64,000 nt of DNA from Trueperaceae bacterium (GTDB taxonomy: Bacteria > Deinococcota > Deinococci > Deinococcales > Trueperaceae), in NCBI GenBank assembly GCA_965215565.1, contig CBDCDZ010000004.1, forward strand, positions 608,001-672,000, written 5' to 3'. Each line of letters starts with the position of its first letter. Positions within the stretch are counted from its first letter, which is position 1. A program made the translations under genes and the position numbers. Below the pieces are notes generated by a model. The model was not told where the DNA came from. It did no database searches and worked only from the letters and a program-made list of their open reading frames with translations. This document shows, in pieces, positions 30,769 to 39,133 of this stretch.

Positions 30769-31707
30769 TCAAGCCCCCTTCCACCTCTGTGGGTGCTGCT
30801 GAGTGACTTGCAGCATGAAACGAAAGAGTTCTCTTGCGAGATAGGTTTTGAGACTTCTTAGAGCAGCCCGGCGGGTCTTGCCTTGCTGCTGTTTCTTGTC
30901 GAGATAGGCTCTTGTCGGTTCGCTGTGGCGCAGTCTGACTTGGGCAATCATGTGAAAGGTGCGGTTGAGCCGACGGTTGCCGCCGATGTTGAGTTGCCTT
31001 CTCTTCTGACCACCAGAAGAGCGCTCGACAGGCGCACAACCTGAATACATGGCAAAGGCGTGTTGTGAACGAAAGCGTCGGATGTCACCTGCTTCAGCAA
31101 GTAGCGTGGCGGCGTGAACGACGCCGACGCCAAAGACCTCTAAGAGTTCAGGCATCAGTTCGTCAACGAGGGCTTTCATCGCCTGCTCGAGCGTCTTGAG
31201 TTGTTCTTTAAGCACTGCAATAACGGCTTCGACGGCTTGGCGAGCCACCTCTAGCTCAAGGCTCGCTAAGCTCAGCTTGTGCGCTGTAAGCTGTTTAGCT
31301 AGCGCTTCTCGGGTGCGGGTCAGATGTTTGAGGTCTTCAACCGCTTGCCGAGGTGCAAACGTAGTCAGCTCAGGATTAGCCAAAGCAGCCCGAGCTACGT
31401 TTTCAGCGTCTACCTCATCACTCTTCTTGCGTCCTCTTTTGCTGCGGTACTGACTCGTCAGACTCGGACTAATGTCCACAACCTTATGGTCCTGCCCGAG
31501 CAACGCTTGACTCAACCTCCGAGCAAAGGGGTTATTCGCCCCTTCAATAGCGCACCGCTGAACGTCATAGCGCTTTATCCAGTGCTCCAAAGTTGCCAAG
31601 CCCTCAGCCGTATTCGTAACGGTGCAGTGACCTAATACCTTGCCCTGTTTATCTAACGCTGCTGCGGTATGGCTCTGCGGATGTGGATCAACCCCTATAA
31701 TGACCAT
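30769..31707 (-). CDS. IS110 DEDD recombinase/transposase
   Basis: IGVD, AIE and KSDEVDA (DEDD RuvC-like), GVGVVHAA, GCAPVERSSG (catalytic Ser), GNRRL; AAGGAGG RBS. Confidence 0.95.
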   Translation of the reverse strand: MVIIGVDPHPQSHTAAALDKQGKVLGHCTVTNTAEGLATLEHWIKRYDVQRCAIEGANNPFARRLSQALLGQDHKVVDISPSLTSQYRSKRGRKKSDEVDAENVARAALANPELTTFAPRQAVEDLKHLTRTREALAKQLTAHKLSLASLELEVARQAVEAVIAVLKEQLKTLEQAMKALVDELMPELLEVFGVGVVHAATLLAEAGDIRRFRSQHAFAMYSGCAPVERSSGGQKRRQLNIGGNRRLNRTFHMIAQVRLRHSEPTRAYLDKKQQQGKTRRAALRSLKTYLARELFRFMLQVTQQHPQRWKGA

Positions 31708-31719
31708 ACAACCTCCTTA

Positions 31720-31863
31720 GGTTGCTGCTCACGGTAGCTGCTTATCCGTCTATGAGGCTACTAAGCGTCTTAGTATCAGGCAAGCTCCGTGTAGCTTAGT
31801 GAGCGAGGTGTGCAGTTCATCTGTTAGCCCTAAAGCTGATACTTGCTGGGCATCACCTCGCTT
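31720..31863 (-). ncRNA. Predicted IS110 bridge RNA
   Basis: Two stem/internal-loop modules; the first loop matches the target (AGCAAGTATC, CAGATGA), the second matches the donor junction (ATACTAAG, TAGACGGA); ends approximate. Confidence 0.82.
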
Positions 31864-31943
31864 CTCTTAATATACGGATACCTGCTATGTACTAAATCCT
31901 CTGCGAAATAGACTTAGAGTAGAGGAGTAGGCTAAAGTAGAGG

Positions 31944-33030
31944 ATGAACGTCGAGAAGCTAAAGAGACGCCCGAAGCACTTACACAACTTCACAGGTTTA
32001 ACGGTTGAACAGTTCGAGGCGTTGTGCGCGGCGGTGGCTGAGGCGCGAGCGAAGCGAAGTGAAGAGGGCAAAGGGCGGCAGCGAGCCGTGGGCGGGGGAC
32101 GCAAAGCGAAGCTGAGCTTAGAGCGACAACTGCTGGTTGTGCTGATGTACTACCGGCTCTATGTGACGCAGATACTCTTGGGCTATCTATTTGACCTAGA
32201 CGATAGCAATGTCAGCCGTCTCATTGGCGAGTTGCGCCCTACGCTGCAAGCAGTTCTGCCCTTGCCGATTCAAGAAACGCTGCTCTTTGCCAAACCGAGA
32301 AAGCGCATTGGAAGCTTAGAAGCGCTGCTCGAGAAGCATCCTGAACTCGAGGAAGTGCTTGTAGACGCTACCGAGCAGGCGTTACAGAAGCCTAAAGACA
32401 AGGCGAGGCACAAAAGCAGGTATTCGGGCAAGAAGAAGCGGCATACGCTTAGGTTAGAGCAAAGCTCAAAGGCTCTTAGCCTTCACCTAGAAGACGCAGG
32501 TCACAAGCACGCCTGAAGGTCTATTCCTCCACGTATCGCGCTCCATTGAGGGGCGTGTCAGTGACATCACCCTGCTAAGGGGCAGCGACCTGCTACGTGA
32601 GTTGCCCCTCAAGCTAGACGTGCGCGTCGACCGTGGCTACGACGGCGTTGCACAAGACTATCCCAACAGGCACTTCGAGCAGCCCTACAAAGCCAGGCGT
32701 AACAAACCCTTAGACCTCATCCAAAAGCTCGCCAACAGCCTACAGAACAAAGCTCGCGTCAAAGTGGAAAACGCGCTGGCTCACCTCAAGCGTTTCAAGC
32801 TCCTAGCCGGTCTCTACCGAGGTCCAGAAAGGAGCTATGACGACACCTTCTTAACCATCGCCGGACTTCACAACAGAGCCTTTAGCAGGGCGTCTAGCGG
32901 GAGCGCGCGCTTTTCCGCGCGACTTCATGCCGTTATCAACGCGCTAACTCAATGACCAGATGCGTCGCGCGTGGACCGCTCCCGCTAGACCTGCTGCTAA
33001 AGGCGCAAGCTAGATAGGCTCACTTGGTAA
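31944..33030 (+). pseudogene. HTH_Tnp_4 + DDE_Tnp_4 transposase disrupted by two insertions
   Basis: FTGLT..F, VDATEQ, YSGKKKRHT, DRGY and RVKVE motifs; deleting 32451-32490 rejoins the two ORFs in frame. Confidence 0.85.
32878..33004. repeat. Small element with 11-bp terminal inverted repeat in the transposase 3' end
   Basis: GCCTTTAGCAG / CTGCTAAAGGC; shares modules with 2161-2200, ~10908-10930 and 546-570. Confidence 0.7.
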
Positions 33031-33096
33031 GCCAACCGCCTACCCCTCAGAAGCCTCGACGCTCGTTATGGATTTATTTCGCAGATTATTTATTGC

Positions 33097-33411
33097 ATGA
33101 GCTTACCCTATAAACTGCACATTGACCACATGGAGGACGGTGGCTTCTATGCACACTACTACGAGTTAGGGCGAGCCGTGGCACATGGTGACGACGCAAC
33201 GGTTGAAGAAGCTGTCAAAGAGGCATCTGTTTCTAAAGAACTCCTTTTTGAAGATATGTTGGAAGATGGCGACGCCATTCCCGAACCCAGCACCTACAGC
33301 GGACGCTTCCAAGTCCGCCTCCCCAAAAGCCTGCACCGCACTCTCGCCCAAGAAGCCGTGCGCGAAGGGGTCAGTCTCAACATGCTGGTCGTCAGCAAGC
33401 TCTCACGCTGA
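33097..33411 (+). CDS. hicB: HicB-family antitoxin (orphan)
   Basis: YK..IDHMEDGGF, GDAIPEP and SGRFQVRLPKSLHR...EGVSLN; no hicA upstream. Confidence 0.85.
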   Translation: MSLPYKLHIDHMEDGGFYAHYYELGRAVAHGDDATVEEAVKEASVSKELLFEDMLEDGDAIPEPSTYSGRFQVRLPKSLHRTLAQEAVREGVSLNMLVVSKLSR

Positions 33412-33436
33412 GGTATACTTTAACCAATCTGTCACT

Positions 33437-33490
33437 AGCATCGCGAGTTTGTGGGAAATAGCGGTTGAAGTCAGTACAGGCAAGCTCGAG
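33437..33490 (+). pseudogene. VapC/PIN toxin remnant
   Basis: Translates SIASLWEIAVEVSTGKLE, matching the S..S.WEIAIK.S.GKL PIN motif. Confidence 0.55.
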
Positions 33491-33501
33491 CGAGGAATTC
33501 T

Positions 33502-34002
33502 ATGAAATGGCTCGTAAGGGATGTTCAACTCGAGGATGCAAGAGCAATTGTTGATATTCTCAATCCTATCATCGAGTCAGGCGCGTTTACTGTCTTAGAT
33601 AAGCCTTTTAGCCTGGACGCCGAGCGCGAATTTATAGCAAATTTTCCAGAAGAGGGTATTTTCCACGTTGCAGTGGACGAGAACGAGCATTGTATCGCTG
33701 GATTTCAAACTGTAGAGCCGTTTGCATCCTACACTCGATTTTTTGACCATGTTGGCGTGATTGGCACTTATGTAGACCTCAACGCCCTCCGACAAGGTGT
33801 TGCTTCTAGCTTGTTTCCTGCTACCTTCGCAGCCATGCGGCAAAAGGGTTACGAAAAAGTCTTTGCTTACGTACGAGGTGACAATCCAACAGCACTGAGC
33901 ACCTATCAAAAGCACGGGTTTTCCGTTGTTGGTACGGCTCAAAAACATGCCAAGATAGGTGAAAGATACGTTGATGAAACTATCATTGAGCGATTTATAT
34001 AG
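33502..34002 (+). CDS. GNAT N-acetyltransferase
   Basis: RQGVAS and NPTALSTYQKHGF motifs. Confidence 0.88.
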   Translation: MKWLVRDVQLEDARAIVDILNPIIESGAFTVLDKPFSLDAEREFIANFPEEGIFHVAVDENEHCIAGFQTVEPFASYTRFFDHVGVIGTYVDLNALRQGVASSLFPATFAAMRQKGYEKVFAYVRGDNPTALSTYQKHGFSVVGTAQKHAKIGERYVDETIIERFI

Positions 34003-34063
34003 TTACCTTTCCTGCAGTGATGAACTGTACACCTGGACGCGCAAAAGCCTTTAGGCTGATGAG

Positions 34064-35053
34064 GTGACACGCTCTTTTCGCTCTCGCCTCGAGCCCCTCC
34101 TCAGCCTCCTCTGCTCTCTCTACCTCTTCGCTTTAGCCGCGCTCAGCGTCATCACCCTCACGCGCCCTTTCAGCGACGCTTACGGCTTATGGACCCTCCC
34201 TGGACTTTGGCTCAACGTTTTACCTGTTCTTTTTCTGGCGGTTTTCCCTATTGCCCTCTTCGGCTTTCTGGTCAAACACCACAGCTTGATGCTGGGGTCT
34301 ACGCTCGCAGTCGCGCTCATGCTGTGGCTCTTCGCGCCCTATTTTCTCGCCAATCCTCCAGCGAATACGCCCGCCAACCTCTCTATCATGACTTTCAATA
34401 CGATCGTCAACCCTACAGCTTTAGAGGATGCGGTCAACGAATACGACACGGACCTCGTACTCATCCAGGAGACGCCGAGCCTGAGTGAGCTTCAGGAACT
34501 CGAGCTCATGAAACGCTATACCCTCGTTTATGGCGGAGAAAGGCGAGGCAACGCAGTCTTGTCAAAGTATCCCGTGCTCACTGAGCGCAATATCTCGCTA
34601 GGGAACGGCTGGGAGGCGCAGCGGCTAGTCATAGAGGTGGACGGGCGCGAACTCGCCGTGTACAACATCCACCTCTTGCTCCCGCTCAACTTGCGTCCGG
34701 TGGAGAGCACAGTAGGGCAGCTTCTCGGGGCGCGTTACGACGAGCGGACGCGCAACGCGCAGATTCGGACGCTTCTAGGGGAATTAGGGACCGAACCGCT
34801 CCCCTACCTCGTCGCAGGCGACTTCAACCTGAGCGAATACTCGCCCGTTTATAGTGAATTAGCTACTGTCATGAAGGACAGCTACCGCGAGTCGAGTCGG
34901 GGCTTTGGGTTCAGTTGGCACAGCGCTTTTACCTTCTTGCGCATCGACTATATTTGGCATTCGCCCGCGCTCGTCGCCGTAGAAAGTTTGCGCGGTGAGC
35001 GTTTTGCTTCCGACCACCATCCGGTTATCAGTGAGTTAGCTTGGGCTCGCTAG
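34064..35053 (+). CDS. Membrane-anchored endonuclease/exonuclease/phosphatase family protein
   Basis: 3 TM segments, MTFN, LIQE, AGDFN, RIDYI and SDH motifs. Confidence 0.9.
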   Translation: MTRSFRSRLEPLLSLLCSLYLFALAALSVITLTRPFSDAYGLWTLPGLWLNVLPVLFLAVFPIALFGFLVKHHSLMLGSTLAVALMLWLFAPYFLANPPANTPANLSIMTFNTIVNPTALEDAVNEYDTDLVLIQETPSLSELQELELMKRYTLVYGGERRGNAVLSKYPVLTERNISLGNGWEAQRLVIEVDGRELAVYNIHLLLPLNLRPVESTVGQLLGARYDERTRNAQIRTLLGELGTEPLPYLVAGDFNLSEYSPVYSELATVMKDSYRESSRGFGFSWHSAFTFLRIDYIWHSPALVAVESLRGERFASDHHPVISELAWAR

Positions 35054-35125
35054 ATTGCTGCACACCACTTTGTTAAGCCAATGCAAACCTCGACTTCATA
35101 ACACTGTATGTAGTATCATAAAGGT

Positions 35126-35402
35126 GTGAGCCGCACGGATAAGCTCGTTCAAAAATTCTTGCAATTTCCCAAAACGATGCGTTTCAGTGAGGTGAAAAAA
35201 GTTCTGGAGCACTTTACGAAGTTTTCGCTACTGCGAAACGGTTATGAAGAGGTACGCATAGCAGGGAGTCACCACATTTTTCAGAAAGCCGGGGCTACGC
35301 TTATCAACGTGCCTACAATTCGCGGTAGAGAGGTCAAAGTAGAGTATCAAGGCAATTGCCGCTGACCTCGATTTACAAGGAGCCTCGATAGAAGGAGTAT
35401 GT
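35126..35402 (+). pseudogene. hicA: HicA toxin with an in-frame 24-bp insertion and a C-terminal frameshift
   Basis: RFSEVKKVL and GSHHIF motifs; insertion at 35216-35239; expected tail IKAIAADLDL lies in the +1 frame from 35346. Confidence 0.75.
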
Positions 35403-35759
35403 ATGGCTGTCCAAGATAAAACGCTCGAGCACTACATGAGCCTCAACTATCCCGTAGAGATTCGTCCGATGGAGGACGGCGGCTACTACGCCCGAATGCC
35501 CGACTTCGGCAGAGCTGCTGTTCACGCTGACGGCGAGAACATTGAGAAAGCGCTCAAGGAGCTGAACGTGGTCAAGCGACTTATCTTAGAGGTGATGCTC
35601 GAGCACGGCGATTCTATCCCCGAACCAGGCTCCTACAACACCTACAGCGGACGCTTCCAAGTCCGCCTCCCTAAAAGCCTACACCGCGCCCTAGCCCAAG
35701 AAGCCGAGCGCGAAGGGGTCAGTCTCAACATGTTAGTCGTCAGCAAGCTCTCTCGCTAA
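35403..35759 (+). CDS. hicB: HicB-family antitoxin
   Basis: LEHYMSLNYP, EDGGY, GDSIPEP and SGRFQVRLPKSLH motifs. Confidence 0.9.
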   Translation: MAVQDKTLEHYMSLNYPVEIRPMEDGGYYARMPDFGRAAVHADGENIEKALKELNVVKRLILEVMLEHGDSIPEPGSYNTYSGRFQVRLPKSLHRALAQEAEREGVSLNMLVVSKLSR

Positions 35760-36048
35760 ACCCTGCTTTGACAGCAACATTAAATTTTACACTGAGCATC
35801 TTTTTAAGAGAGAGGTCCTCGCGTTCGTTGAGGTATACTCCTCGTATGCACCTCTCGCCTTTCTGGAAGTCAGGGTCCCAACGATGGCGTCGCTGTTAGA
35901 TTGACGGTGTACCACAAATTGCGTTCCATAGCCTAAAAAGAGCTTCAAGAACACAGACGCGAACCTCTTTAGAATGCGCAATTTGGGACACCTTCCGGTT
36001 TCGCCCATCTGTATAAAGCACGAGGTTCTACGCCAGAAAAAGCGAGGT

Positions 36049-37488
36049 ATGTCCGTGACGCTTGCAGGTATCCGTACCAGAGTTAAACCCATCTACAAAG
36101 AGGTTCTAGCCGATTTAGAAACGCCTCTGACCGCTTACCTCAAGGTGGCGGGGCATCCGTCGTTCTTGCTAGAAAGCGTCGAACAGGGCGAGCGTGTAGC
36201 GCGGTACTCGTTTATCGGGACGGGCGAACGGCGGCGTATTGAAGCGAGAGGTGAACACCTCACCGTCACCACGGCGGAGGGCGCAGAGACGTTTGAGTCT
36301 AATGACCCTTTGCGCGTGCTCTGGGACTTGACGGTTAAAGACGCCGTTCAAGACCCCGTTCTTCCCGACTTCTGGGCGGGCGCAGTCGGCTACGCAAGCT
36401 ACGACCTCATTCGGTGTTACGAGACCCTACCGGACAACAATCCCGACGAACTAAGCATCCCCGACCTCTTATTTATCGAACCCGAGGCGCTCATCATCTT
36501 CGACCACCTCAAGCGGCGTATCTTCATCGTCGCGCCTGCGGAGGTGGACGACGAGGCGGATGAGGTGCGGGCTCGAGACCTCGTCGAACGCCTCTACACG
36601 CGGCTGCGCGGTCCGTTGCCAGGTGTACCGGGCGATAGGGCAGGGATACGCACTGAGTTTAAGAGCAATTTTACGCAAGAGGGCTTCAAAGCTGCCGTTT
36701 CGAAAGCGGTGGAGTACATTCACGCAGGCGACATCTTCCAAGTGGTGCCGAGTCAACGTTTGACCTCTGACTTGGGCGTGCATCCGTTTGCGCTCTACCG
36801 CGCTTTGAGGACCGTCAACCCAAGCCCGTATCTGGGCTATCTGGACTTGGGTCCGGTGACGTTGGTCTCGAGCAGCCCCGAGAGCTTAGTGCGCAGTGAC
36901 GGCAAGCGCGTAGATACCTTACCCATCGCGGGTACACGAAAACGCGGCGCGACGCCCCAAGAAGACGCCGCATTAGCCGCAGAACTTCTAGCTGACGAAA
37001 AGGAACGCGCTGAACACATTATGTTGGTGGATTTAGGGCGCAACGACCTGGGGCGCGTCTGCGAGTTCGGCAGCGTGAAAGTCACCGATCTCATGCGCGT
37101 CGAGCGTTATAGCCACGTGATGCACATCGTTTCGGAGGTGACGGGGACGCTCGCTGAGGGTAAAACACCGCTTGACGCGCTCGCGAGTACGCTACCGATG
37201 GGCACAGCGTCGGGCGCACCCAAGATTCGGGCGATGGAGATCATTGACGAGTTAGAGTCCGTACGTCGTGGACCCTACGCGGGCGCGTTCGGCTACTTGA
37301 GCGTGTCGGGTGCGATGGATATGGCGCTGACGCTCCGCACGGCTGTCATCGCCAAGGGCAAACTTCACCTGCAAGCAGGCGGCGGCATTGTGGCGGATTC
37401 TGACCCCGAGTTTGAATATCAGGAATCGATGAATAAGTTGGCGGCATTGGTGCGAGCCGTTGAACTCGCCACCGAAGGATTAGCGTGA
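36049..37488 (+). CDS. trpE: Anthranilate synthase component I
   Basis: ADLETP, FLLES, GDIFQVV, NPSPY, SSPE, PIAGT, EHIMLVDLGRND and SGAPK; start ATG 36049 or GTG 36055. Confidence 0.95.
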   Translation: MSVTLAGIRTRVKPIYKEVLADLETPLTAYLKVAGHPSFLLESVEQGERVARYSFIGTGERRRIEARGEHLTVTTAEGAETFESNDPLRVLWDLTVKDAVQDPVLPDFWAGAVGYASYDLIRCYETLPDNNPDELSIPDLLFIEPEALIIFDHLKRRIFIVAPAEVDDEADEVRARDLVERLYTRLRGPLPGVPGDRAGIRTEFKSNFTQEGFKAAVSKAVEYIHAGDIFQVVPSQRLTSDLGVHPFALYRALRTVNPSPYLGYLDLGPVTLVSSSPESLVRSDGKRVDTLPIAGTRKRGATPQEDAALAAELLADEKERAEHIMLVDLGRNDLGRVCEFGSVKVTDLMRVERYSHVMHIVSEVTGTLAEGKTPLDALASTLPMGTASGAPKIRAMEIIDELESVRRGPYAGAFGYLSVSGAMDMALTLRTAVIAKGKLHLQAGGGIVADSDPEFEYQESMNKLAALVRAVELATEGLA

Positions 37489-37946
37489 TTCGCGCTTGTC
37501 AACTCGAGGATGCAAGAGGTTTGACTTCTTTGCTTCACACGCTCGAGAACCTCTCCACCATCGCCACAGAATCTTTCGAAGTAACGCTGGCAAGGGTCAA
37601 AAAGCAGTTGGCGCACATCGTCAAAAGCGCAGAGCACACCCTTCTCGTTGCCGTAAACAGTGAGCGACTTAGCGCGTACATTAACGTTCACTGGCATCCT
37701 ACGCTCCTTCACGCCGACGGTGAAGGCTTCGTCTCGGAGCTTTTTGTGCATCCCGAGGCGCGTGGGGAAGGTTTAGGCACCTCTTTGCTTCATTCTATCC
37801 TTGAAGAGGGTAGGGTCAGGGGCTGCGCACGGCTGTCTCTTCTTAACATGCGCAATAAGTCTTCTTACGAGCGTGCGTACTATACTAAAAGAGGCTGGCA
37901 GGAGCGACCTCACGCGGCGAACTTCGTGCTCGAGTTAAAAGATTGA
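37485..37946 (+). CDS. GNAT N-acetyltransferase
   Basis: LFVHPEARGEGLG motif A; GTGA coupling to trpE. Confidence 0.85.
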   Translation: MIRACQLEDARGLTSLLHTLENLSTIATESFEVTLARVKKQLAHIVKSAEHTLLVAVNSERLSAYINVHWHPTLLHADGEGFVSELFVHPEARGEGLGTSLLHSILEEGRVRGCARLSLLNMRNKSSYERAYYTKRGWQERPHAANFVLELKD

Positions 37947-37952
37947 ACCCCT

Positions 37953-38531
37953 ATGAACATCCTCCTCATCCAAGGGCACCCTGACCCTGAAAGCTACTGC
38001 TTTGCCCTTGCCGAAGCGTATGAGCGAGGCGCATTAGCGAGCGGCGCTGAGGTCAAAGAAATTGTCGTTGCGCAGCTCAACTTCGACCCTAACTTGCGTT
38101 ACGGCTACCGAAAGCGCACCGACTTAGAGCCTGACTTGCTCGAAGCGCAAAGGCTCATCAAGTGGTCAGACCACATCGTCATGGTTCATCCCGTGTGGTG
38201 GGGCTCGGTGCCTGCGCTCCTCAAAGGGTTTTTAGATAGAGTCTTCTTACCGGGTTTCGCGTTCAAGAAGCACGAAGGCTCGAAGATTCGCTGGGACAAG
38301 CTGCTTAAAGGGCGCTCCGCGCGTATCATCGCAACCGCAGACCAGCCCGCCTGGTTTTACTGGTTGCGCTACAACCGCCCGAGCTACCATATGCTCAAAG
38401 GGCTTTTGTTCGAGTTTTGCGGTATTCGTCCGGTAAGAAGTACCTTTATCGGACCCGTCCGGCTCTCCTCGGATGCGTTTCGGAAGAGGTGGCTCGAGAA
38501 AGTCCATCAACTAGGCGCAAAGCGCAGTTAG
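37953..38531 (+). CDS. NAD(P)H-dependent quinone oxidoreductase (flavodoxin-like fold)
   Basis: GHP..S and PVWWGSVPALLKGFLDR motifs. Confidence 0.9.
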   Translation: MNILLIQGHPDPESYCFALAEAYERGALASGAEVKEIVVAQLNFDPNLRYGYRKRTDLEPDLLEAQRLIKWSDHIVMVHPVWWGSVPALLKGFLDRVFLPGFAFKKHEGSKIRWDKLLKGRSARIIATADQPAWFYWLRYNRPSYHMLKGLLFEFCGIRPVRSTFIGPVRLSSDAFRKRWLEKVHQLGAKRS

Positions 38532-38557
38532 TTCCTCATCTTTAGAAGAGGTATTTC

Positions 38558-39133
38558 GTGAAAATCTTAGTCATTGACAACTACGACTCGTTTACCTACA
38601 ATCTCGTGCAATACCTGGGCGAACTCGGCATCACCCCGACAGTGTGGCGTAACGATCAGTTCAGCTTGGAGGACATTGACGACCTCAACCCTGACGGCAT
38701 CGTCGTCTCCCCAGGTCCTTGCACGCCAACTGAAGCGGGTCATTCCGTCGAGGTCATCAAACGCTACAGTGAAAAGACACCCATCTTCGGCGTGTGCTTG
38801 GGTCATCAGAGCATCGGACAGGCCTACGGCGCGAGCGTCGTGCGTGCGCCTAAAATCATGCACGGCAAGACGAGCGAGATTCGTCACGACGGGACGGCGT
38901 CGTTTAAGGATTTGGGCGAGAGTGTCACAGCGACGCGCTACCACTCGCTCATCGTCAAGGATTTGCCCAATGTTTTAGAAGCGAACGCTTGGGTGAACGA
39001 CGGCGGCGAAGAGGTCATCATGGGGCTGCGTCACAAGACCTATCCAGTGTGGGGCGTGCAGTTTCACCCCGAGAGCATCCTGACCGAAACAGGGAAACAG
39101 ATGCTGCAAAACTTTTTGGATGTCTGCAAGTGA
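38558..39133 (+). CDS. trpG: Anthranilate synthase component II
   Basis: IDNYDSFTYNL, SPGP, GVCLGHQ, RYHSL and QFHPES motifs. Confidence 0.95.
   Translation: MKILVIDNYDSFTYNLVQYLGELGITPTVWRNDQFSLEDIDDLNPDGIVVSPGPCTPTEAGHSVEVIKRYSEKTPIFGVCLGHQSIGQAYGASVVRAPKIMHGKTSEIRHDGTASFKDLGESVTATRYHSLIVKDLPNVLEANAWVNDGGEEVIMGLRHKTYPVWGVQFHPESILTETGKQMLQNFLDVCK

Larger units (their letters stand above)
30753..31876 (-). mobile_element. IS110-family insertion sequence, apparently intact
   Basis: Boundaries defined by the split repeat B; 2-bp core (TC on the coding strand) at 30751-30752 and 31877-31878; no terminal IRs; sub-terminal TATAC/GTATA. Confidence 0.92.
30565..31887. repeat. Repeat family B, long form, split by the IS110 insertion
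   Basis: Starts TAGCAGTTCC; its end AAACCAGATGATACCTGCTA is split into ...CAGATGA (to 30752) and GATACCTGCTA (31877-31887). Confidence 0.88.
31895..33090 (+). mobile_element. IS5-family (ISL2-like) insertion sequence, degenerate
   Basis: AATCCTCTGCGAAATA / TATTTCGCAGATTATT inverted ends (14/16), flanked by TA/TA. Confidence 0.85.

Noticed and set aside
35768..35793. TTGACA...TACACT promoter for trpE
   Set aside because: Spacer is only 14 bp
35795..35920. T-box riboswitch upstream of trpE (AGAGAG, GGTGTACCAC)
   Set aside because: Lacks the full UGGNACC T-box bulge, and there is no recognisable stem I or terminator
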